Source: Octopus sinensis (taxonomy: Eukaryota). From it: 6,812 nucleotides of DNA. Position numbers and translations under genes: made by a program. Within the stretch, counting starts at the first letter, position 1. Each line of letters opens with the position of its first letter. Location: assembly GCF_006345805.1 (NCBI RefSeq), contig NW_021829235.1, forward strand, positions 1 through 6,812. The letters run 5' to 3'. The notes below the pieces were generated by a model. The model saw nothing but the letters and a program-made list of their open reading frames with translations. It was not told the DNA's origin and ran no database searches. This document shows, piece after piece, positions 1-6,794 of the stretch.

Positions 1-419
1 CATTTCAAAGTGGTTTTAGTAAAATTTCTTTATCCTTTCTAATAATCGATATTTTATTATTGTGAGACATTCGTGTCATCACTGATGACAACATGCTTTT
101 GGAGAACATTTGTATGCTTTCTACAGTGGGGCCAAGAAATGGTTCACTATTTGAGTCCACAAAAGAATAGACCACACTTAACAACCCTTCTCTGTCTCTT
201 AAGTCATCCAACAATTCTAACAATTCTGAAATTATCTCATTTAATTATCCCCTAATAACCGATTCTCTCTTAGCTTCGTTTTGGTTTTCTTATGTTTGTG
301 CCAGATCTATGACAAGACATCTCTAATCAACATTCGTCTCATCTTCTGCTTAAATCCAGTGTCAACCAAGTTGAGCATCGAAGTCCTAGCCTCAAACGCG
401 ACACACCACTTCCAGACGG

Positions 420-451
420 ATATCTATCTATATCTATCTATATCTATTTAT
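420..451. repeat. (TATC)-type simple repeat
   Basis: tatctatcta repeated. Confidence 0.8.
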
Positions 452-492
452 TTGTTTTGCAAGATTTTTGATGTGAAATCGTGTGTTGAAAC

Positions 493-1001
493 AGATATTG
501 TTGTATTTAAGAATGGTCATTTTGCCAGCTTTGCGAATAAAACACACGCACTATATATTCGGTGTTATTTTGCTTCAGCGTTGTTTATTTTTTACATTAA
601 TCTTAATCTTATTTCGGCAAGAGTTCTTTCATCACACTCCTGTGACCTCATCAGTGGTCCTTTGCTTTCTTCTTTCTTATTTGTGTGTCTCTCCTTACTA
701 ATCATCAGCCGTTTTGTATTTTGTATTCCTATCTCACGTGTCCTCATTTGTGCATGCGTATACCTCTATGTGTGTCTATGTTTAGTTAGTGTGCGTGGGG
801 GGGGGGGTGAAGTGCCTGTAATATTTGTATCTTCTGTTTATATACGTACGTGTAATTTGTTTTTGTTTTTGGCCGAAATAAGATTAAGATTAATGTAAAA
901 AAATAAATAAGACTGAAGCAAAGTAACACCAAATATATAGTGCGTGTGTTTTTATTGGCTAAACTGGCAAAATGACCATTCCCAAATACAACCATATATC
1001 T
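493..1001. repeat. Spaced inverted repeat: arms 493-618 and 872-1001 around a spacer of about 250 bp
   Basis: The reverse complement of 872-1001 aligns to 493-618 (for example gaatggtcattttgccag, acacacgcactatatatt and tacattaatcttaatcttatttcggc are shared), with scattered substitutions. Confidence 0.9.
612..660 (-). ncRNA. Degenerate hammerhead-like motif
   Basis: Minus strand reads CUGAUGA-G-GUCACA-GGAG-UGUGAU-GAAA, with a second GCCGAAA 15 nt later. No convincing stem I or stem III closure. Confidence 0.3.
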
Positions 1002-1005
1002 ATCT

Positions 1006-1063
<58 letters not shown>

Positions 1064-1192
1064 CATACACACACACACACACACACACATATATATGATA
1101 TTATATATATCTATATATATATTATAATAATATATATATATATATATTATATATATATATATATATATTTATATAGTATTATATATATAATA

Positions 1193-1235
<43 letters not shown>

Positions 1236-1250
1236 ATAATATATGTATAT
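995..1250. repeat. Compound microsatellite (TATC)/(TC)n/(TA)n/(CA)n/(TA)n
   Basis: Visible directly in the sequence. Confidence 0.98.
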
Positions 1251-1354
1251 ACATAAATGCCCACACTAGGAGGGACAAAGTCATTATACCAAAAATTATA
1301 CTAATCATACCCAAATGCAGTTTTTCAAAAGCAAGACATTTAAAAATGAATTAT

Positions 1355-1410
1355 GTTCTGTATCACCGTGATTTCACATACAACTTGCGTCTAATGATCG
1401 TCAGCAGAAC
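1355..1410 (-). ncRNA. Type I hammerhead ribozyme motif (palindrome 1, left arm, identical copy)
   Basis: Exact reverse complement of 1424-1479. Confidence 0.75.
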
Positions 1411-1423
1411 TGATTCAGAATCA

Positions 1424-1479
1424 GTTCTGCTGACGATCATTAGACGCAAGTTGTATGTGAAATCACGGTGATACAGAAC
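1424..1479 (+). ncRNA. Type I hammerhead ribozyme motif (palindrome 1, right arm)
   Basis: Stem I GUUCUG (1424-29)/CAGAAC (1474-79). Core CUGACGA (1430-36). Stem II CAU/AUG plus GAC-GCAA-GUU with a U.U basal pair. GAAA (1459-62). Stem III UCACGGUGA. U1472-A1473 gives an AUA triplet, with predicted cleavage after 1473. Confidence 0.75.
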
Positions 1480-1805
1480 ATAATTCAATTTAAAGTCTTG
1501 CTTTGAAAAACTGCATTTGGGTATGTTAGTATAATTTTGGTAGTAGTATGACTTTGTCCCTCCTAGTGTGAGGCATTATGTGTAATAATGCCCTCTATAC
1601 AATATAGAATATAATTAATTTGTTCAAAAGAAAAAAATTATTTTCGGATTCTTTTCTTTATGAGGTTTTCACGCTAGCTACCCGATAATTCTTGTTAAGA
1701 TCCCTTATTAAGAGATTATCCTTAATTGTTAAACTATATATGTATATATATATACCTGCTCTCTTTGTTATTGGTTATACTACTAGTAATCTTTATCTTA
1801 ATTAC

Positions 1806-1935
1806 CCACACACAGTTCTCCAGAATGTAATCAGATTGGAGAAATATGGAGATATTTCAATGTCATTCATCCTCCTGAATAAAGCGGTCGAACAGAAAGT
1901 GACATCAGGCCTAACAGGAAGTGATATCTCGTGTC
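1806..1935 (-). CDS. Probable next coding exon of the Mind bomb-like gene (post-RING segment)
   Basis: Acceptor tgtgttaatttAG (1937-1936) and donor GG|GTAATT (1805-1804). The 130 nt are open in exactly the phase left by the RING exon: (G)HEISLPVRPDVTFCSTALFRRMNDIEISPYFSNLITFWRTVC(G). No domain recognised. Confidence 0.5.
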
Positions 1936-2547
1936 CTAAATTAACACACTACATTCACACAAACCTCATTAACGACACTAAAACTTGTCGTCCACACATT
2001 ATTGTTGTGAAAATATTTGAAACGGTTCAGAAGAACTGATACTCGGGAATACTAATCTATACATCAATCAAAGTTTCCCACCCTTTTGATGTCCCCTCTC
2101 TAATGTTGCCCCTTAACCCTCAGTTGAGATTTTCTTATGAGTCTCTTATTTTATAAAAGCTCACTTTGATATTCATATAAATGCAGTTGTTTTTTATTAT
2201 CAGCTTCCGAAGATATTGATAAATCATTAATCACTCTAATCACACACAAGATGTCGGTATTTACTGATAGAACCTTGGTGATTTATTGGCATTTAGTCAC
2301 CATTTATAATTCAGTATTCTTTATAATTTTATGTTGCAGAAAGTAACCATCTTGAAGTGTGACAAGTCTTCTAATTGGACAAGAACAATGTTTAGTGGAG
2401 TAGTGAGAGACATAATATGACAGAGAAAAGACACCTGGAACATCTTTTATCAAAGTGGTGCTTGATTAAGTCAGAACTGGATCTACACAACAACATGAAA
2501 TACAATATTCCACACCATAAAGCCCAAGATACAAACACAGATCTTAC

Positions 2548-2690
2548 CCAAACTATTTTTGCTCGTTATATTCTGTCCACACTTGAGGCATTGTTTAGGT
2601 ATCTTTTGGGGACAGCATTTCTTACACAGCGAAAGATGTTTTACGGGAAAGAACGTCTCTGTGGCCACTTCGTCTTCACAAAACACACAT
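2548..2690 (-). CDS. MIB2-like: Exon encoding a C3HC4 (RING-HC) zinc finger of the same Mind bomb-like E3 ligase
   Basis: Acceptor tgttcatgtttttgttcctcAG (2692-2691) and donor TTTGG|GTAAGA (2547-2546). The 143 nt read as 1 + 47 codons + 1: CVFCEDEVATETFFPVKHLSLCKKCCPQKIPKQCLKCGQNITSKNSL. Seven of eight RING ligands are correctly spaced (third Cys reads Val). Phase 2 start joins CA|A (Gln) with the ankyrin exon. Confidence 0.85.
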
Positions 2691-2832
2691 CTGAGGAACA
2701 AAAACATGAACACATCCCATTAATAACATTCATTTAAACAAATATTACATTTTGTGCATATTACAGTAGAGAATATTATGCGACACCACAATTAAACAAT
2801 ACATATGGCGAATTTGTGAGTATATAAATGCA

Positions 2833-2902
2833 GACACAGAAACACAGACACACAGACACAGACACACACACACACACACACATACACACACATATATATA
2901 TA
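2833..2902. repeat. Compound microsatellite (CACAGA)n/(CA)n/(TA)n
   Basis: Visible directly in the sequence. Confidence 0.95.
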
Positions 2903-3006
2903 TAAATGGACACAAATATTAATAAGTATATGTCATGACATTGATACATCACAAAAACTGATTTACGCAAAGTGAACAACATATATTCCAGAAATATAAT
3001 TCACTT

Positions 3007-3016
3007 ATATATATAG

Positions 3017-3080
<64 letters not shown>
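3007..3080. repeat. (TA)n/(TG)n microsatellite
   Basis: Visible directly in the sequence. Confidence 0.97.
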
Positions 3081-3081
<1 letters not shown>

Positions 3082-3167
3082 CCGAGTCAGTCGCCATGAT
3101 AGATTGTTAGCCGCTACACACATTTTTTTCTCTCCTTGTTTCTATCCTTGTTTTTTTTTCCGTGTCC

Positions 3168-3203
3168 CTTTCTGTAGAAGAGCGAAGGCTCGAAACGTAA
3201 AAG
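3168..3203 (+). ncRNA. Minimal type I hammerhead-like motif with a core substitution
   Basis: Stem I CUUU/AAAG. Core CUGUAGA (U where A6 is conserved). Extra A, then stem II GAGC-GAAG-GCUC, GAAA, minimal self-complementary stem III (ACGU) and a GUA triplet. Confidence 0.55.
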
Positions 3204-3263
3204 CCTTTTTCTATTCCTTCAATACCACCTGTCATCATCTTTTGTTTGTTTCGTAAACTCTCC

Positions 3264-3322
3264 TATATATATATATATATATGTATATATATGTATGTGT
3301 GTGTGTGTGCGTATATGTATAT

Positions 3323-3367
<45 letters not shown>
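3264..3367. repeat. (TA)n/(TG)n/(TA)n microsatellite
   Basis: Visible directly in the sequence. It separates the solitary hammerhead unit from palindrome 2. Confidence 0.97.
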
Positions 3368-3375
<8 letters not shown>

Positions 3376-3396
3376 AAACATGATGCGAAGGATTCA

Positions 3397-3473
3397 GCGG
3401 TACATATGTTTCGGGCCTTATTAGACAGATTTATAACAATGCATAATGTATGTCTGTGGCCTTCTTCAGCCGC
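3397..3473 (-). ncRNA. Type I hammerhead ribozyme motif (palindrome 2, left arm; same sense as the host gene)
   Basis: Reverse-complement copy of 3752-3829, one nucleotide shorter in the stem II linker. Predicted cleavage between 3401 and 3400. Confidence 0.75.
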
Positions 3474-3751
3474 GCACAACAGCTTCCACAAGGACATGTG
3501 TTACATCAAAAATTCTTGGTTGGGGATGCAAATCCTCTCATTCACGCACGACATAATGTGGCAGCAGCATAGAGTTGAAGCGTCCATCTCTTTCTTCTCT
3601 CAATGTAGAATGATTCTACATTGAGAGAAGAAAGAGATGGACGCTTCAACTCTATGCTGCTGCCACATTATGTCGTGCGTGAATGAGAGGATTTGCATCC
3701 CCAACCAAGAATTTTTGATGTAACACATGTCCTTGTGGAAGCTGTTGTTGC

Positions 3752-3829
3752 GCGGCTGAAGAAGGCCACAGACATACATTATGCATTGTTATAAATCTGT
3801 CTAATAAAGGCCCGAAACATATGTACCGC
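3752..3829 (+). ncRNA. Type I hammerhead ribozyme motif with long stem II (palindrome 2, right arm)
   Basis: Stem I GCGG (3752-55)/CCGC (3826-29). Core CUGAAGA (3756-62). Stem II GGCC (3764-67)/GGCC (3809-12) with an A.C basal pair and an inner ACAGA/UCUGU helix. GAAA (3814-17). Self-complementary stem III CAUAUG. U3824-A3825 gives a GUA triplet. Confidence 0.75.
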
Positions 3830-3934
3830 TGAATCTTCGCATCATGTTTTTATTATTTGATCAATTACTCCACCACCTTACACCCCAACGGTATACACAG
3901 GTGTTATAATTATCAAGTACTCACCCCGAATTTC

Positions 3935-3952
3935 TATATATATATATATATA
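3935..3952. repeat. (TA)9 containing the left TA target site of the Tc1
   Basis: Abuts the TIR at 3953. Confidence 0.9.
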
Positions 3953-4155
3953 CACGGGGGGAAATAAATATTCGTGCATGTCAAAATTCTTTATTTATTT
4001 AATTTCTAATGAACATAAATGGGATATACCACTATTAAATATTTGCATACAGATGCATAAACTAAGAATATGCAAAGAAACTAATAAATTATAGTAACTA
4101 AGGAATTTATATAAATTATAAAATTTAGGGGTGAAAAAAGTATTCGTGCAGAATA
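3953..4155. repeat. Tc1 terminal inverted repeat (3' end of element) with outer and inner direct repeats
   Basis: Reverse-complement match to 5239-5437. Outer DR ggggggaaataaatattcgtgca (3956-3978), inner DR ggggtgaaaaaagtattcgtgca (4128-4150). Minus-strand AATAAA at 3990-3999. Confidence 0.9.
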
Positions 4156-4176
4156 TAAATAACTGATAATTCTGAT

Positions 4177-5088
4177 ATGATACTTCGTAGCATAACCATT
4201 ATTCAGTTCCACTTCAACCAATCTCTTCTTGTAGTTCTTCACCAATGACTCGCATGTTTCTTTAGGAATTTTTTCTATTCTTCTTGACAAATTTTCTTCA
4301 AATCTGTAATGCATGTTGGGGCTCTTGAATTTCAGTTTTCAAATAACGCCACAAATTTTCAATGGGGTTCAAGTCAGGTGACAGGCTTGGCCATTACAAT
4401 CATTTATATTGTGATTGACAATCCATATTTGTAGACTTCACCGTGTGCTTAGGGCCGTTACCCTGTTGTAAAACCCACCCTTCACAAAGCTGGAGCTTTT
4501 CAACAGAGTCGCATAAATTATTGTTCAAAATATTTTGGTACATCTCTGCATTCATTCTACCATCTATCACATGTAAATTGCCAGTACCATTTGCAGAGAA
4601 ACCCCCCACACCTCCAATCTTTACGGTAGGAATTGTGTTTTCACTCCAAACATGGGTAAGCGAATTCGTCCAAACAATTCAATTTTCGTCTCGTCTGTCC
4701 ATAGAACATTTTCCCAGAATGTATCAGATTTATCTTTATGTTCATAACAATTTTAAACGGGCATCTCTATGCCTTTTAGTCAACAGAGGAGTTTTTCTAG
4801 GAGAGCGTGACTTCAGTTCATTCCTATGAAAACTCCTTTCTGGTGATTATTGCGTTTTTTTCCGATTCTTCGCTTCATTTTTTCTTAAAGATCTTGGGGA
4901 AATCTTGCGTGGTGCTCCGGATCTATTTGTTTTCAACAGTTCCCGACTCCTTATATCTTTGAAAAATGAAGATATGGTAGTAAGCGGAATACAAAGTGTC
5001 TCTGATATTTTCCTGTAACTTTTACCTACTTCTACAGTTCAATAATTAAGTTTTTCTCTGAATTTGTGAGTTCTTTACTTTTCGCCAT
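4177..5088 (-). pseudogene. Tc1-family (DD34E-like) transposase pseudogene
   Basis: Reframed translation gives MAKSKELT..GKSYRKISETL (HTH), RSGAPRKIS, SPRKTPLL, VLWTDETKIELFG (D1 at 4693-4695), NTIPTVK, GFSANGTGNL, QQGNGPKHT (D2 at 4460-4462 mutated to G), SPDLNPIENLW (E at 4358-4360) and LVKNYKKRL..GYATKY. It has several frameshifts, stops and internal deletions (near 4835 and 4610-4645). Confidence 0.95.
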
Positions 5089-5238
5089 TATTGCGATATT
5101 ACTTTATGTTGTCTCAGTGCTGAATGAAGAAGCTAGTGTTTTGACACTCAAAATGAAAACTAAGATTATTGGAATAAACAAAAATTTCTAGTAAAAAAAT
5201 ATTTTAACAGTATTTTGTGGCATAGAAAATCATACATT

Positions 5239-5655
<417 letters not shown>

Positions 5656-6090
5656 CTCATTGTATGTGTTTGTAGGCGATTTTCTCGGGATAGCTCACAT
5701 GGACATGACTGGCTGGGACAGAGAAAACAGAGGAACAATCTATGGTAGACAGATAAATTCCATCACTTCACTATTTACTTCTACATTTTCTCATTAGTCC
5801 CAAATCTTTAAAATAGGGAATTGAGAGAGGTGGGTGGGGATTTAGGAGAGGTATAACAGTCAACGCAACCAATCATTTGAATGTAATCAAAATAGTGTCC
5901 TTTCTTTTAATTAGCTTAACATCTGCATATTGTTTATTGTTCTTCTTACTGTTGTTGTCTAACCTTTCATTAAGCTACTAAGACAGTATAATGTATCAGT
6001 AGAATAAAAAACATATATAAACATATAACATGGTTATATACAAAATAGAAAATGTAATGGTTTATCTTGTCATTGCCAGTGAATACTTAC

Positions 6091-6264
6091 TGCGGTGGGA
6101 ATAACATATTTAACATTCTTTTTAAATTTTCTTTTTTATTAGGTCCAATGGTGTTCTGCCACTTTTGTTTTTACAGTAAAAGTTGGCCCCGTGGTGGGCT
6201 AGGTAGCTGGCAACTACCACACCAGAGCACCTTTCTTCGTTTCCCAGTTCAGCTCTACGCAGAA
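6091..6264 (-). CDS. MIB2-like: Internal exon encoding the last ankyrin repeat of a Mind bomb-like ankyrin/RING E3 ubiquitin ligase (contains an apparent 1-nt frameshift)
   Basis: Minus strand shows a pyrimidine-rich acceptor (cttttatatttcatcatttgtAG, AG at 6266-6265) and donor CCGCA|GTAAGT (GT at 6090-6089). Translation xLRRAELGNEERCSGVVVASYLAHHGANFYCKNKSGRTPLDLIK matches, from memory, the Mind bomb terminal ankyrin pattern (A..ACFLA..GAD....N..G.SPLDL). Adding one base in the T-run at 6132-6137 restores ..ENLKRMLNMLFPP(Q) and gives a phase-2 end that fits the RING exon. Confidence 0.85.
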
Positions 6265-6761
6265 CTACAAATGATGAAATATAAAAGATGAGTTAAAGAT
6301 TACACAAACATATACTAAAGATGCCCCAAATTACACAACAGTTCAACTACATTTACACATAGTTTTGTTCTCCAGTGATTAAACTATTCACACAGCGTTG
6401 ATTTCTTACATCATCTCTTAGTTGAGTCCACTTTTCATTATCATTTGTTTTACTTTACGTTCTACATTAAGACAAAAATATGTCATTATATTGAACAAAA
6501 CGCATATTAGTGGTCAACGTTATTGCTTAACAATGATATTAATGAGTAAATATTTACTTGCCAATCACAAATGTCACAAACTATTCAAATAAAACACAAT
6601 ATAAAGTTATTATAATATCAAGTCAAATATACAAAATATAAGGACAGAAATGTCACCAATAATGAAAGACAACAAACCAACAAGAACCTATCTCTACAAC
6701 TGCTTGATAAAGCCAAATGGCATAGCAAGAGAAAACTTACGGAGAGTATTGTACATATAAG

Positions 6762-6794
6762 TACTAGCTAAGGTGACCCGCTCTACGCGTGGGT
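6762..6794 (+). mobile_element. Possible terminal motif of a non-autonomous Helitron-like element
   Basis: tACTAG..ACCCG..CGCG.GGGT with an ACCC/GGGT hairpin resembles, from memory, invertebrate Helitron-derived repeat ends. It is cut off by the window edge and an alternative exon reading exists. Confidence 0.35.

Larger units (their letters stand above)
1251..1581. repeat. Palindrome 1: long inverted duplication with a 1-nt centre (1417)
   Basis: 1347-1416 is the exact reverse complement of 1418-1487 (70 bp). The outer arms of about 95 bp still align but with many small indels. Confidence 0.95.
3371..3854. repeat. Palindrome 2: arms of 241 and 242 bp with a 1-nt centre (3612)
   Basis: The arms are reverse complements differing only by three single-base indels (near 3748, 3808 and 3835) with no substitutions seen. 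Confidence 0.97.

Noticed and set aside
82-708. Extra CTGATGA heptamers at 82-88 (+) and 702-708 (-)
   Set aside because: No stem II, properly placed GAAA or stem I closure follows either one.
281-898. 205 aa ORF on + strand
   Set aside because: It has a non-ATG start, crosses simple repeats and an inverted-repeat arm, and shows no recognisable domain.
786-1471. ORFs 786-1088 (-) and 944-1471 (+)
   Set aside because: They are open only because (TA)n/(CA)n/(TC)n tracts lack stops, and translate to YI/HT/LS runs.
1692-2039. 115 aa ORF on + strand
   Set aside because: It starts in TA-rich sequence, has no motif, and overlaps the candidate minus-strand exon in antisense.
2466-2482. Alternative tiny terminal exon (D-P-V-L-T-stop) after a 65-nt intron
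   Set aside because: The acceptor is weak and only five codons result. It is not excluded, but there is too little support to list it as a feature.
2682-2690. Cys-rich segment read as a piggyBac C-terminal domain
   Set aside because: The spacing fits RING-HC, it is bounded by splice sites, and it is in phase with an ankyrin exon.
2417-2737. 106 aa ORF on + strand
   Set aside because: Antisense shadow of the RING exon, which has splice sites and conserved motifs.
3219-3624. ORFs 3219-3497 (-) and 3406-3624 (+)
   Set aside because: They run through a microsatellite and a palindrome arm. The hammerhead/palindrome reading explains the sequence better.
1347-3854. Palindromes as pre-miRNAs, classical MITEs, terminators or CRISPR-like arrays
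   Set aside because: The arms are too long and perfect for pre-miRNA, there are no clear transposase-type TIR ends with a target-site duplication, no repeat-spacer array exists, and the context is eukaryotic.
1251-3854. Palindromes as pure read-chimera artefacts
   Set aside because: Both exit into new unique sequence without mirroring the flanks, and the exon order around them stays colinear. That two palindromes both contain hammerheads also argues for biology. Raw-read confirmation is still needed.
4454-4462. Two D-to-G (A-to-G) changes in QQDNDPKH as a sign of ADAR editing
   Set aside because: This is a DNA transposon copy with no RNA intermediate. Two transitions in a heavily decayed element need no special cause.
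4443-4829. 128 aa ORF on + strand
   Set aside because: Antisense shadow of the Tc1 transposase.
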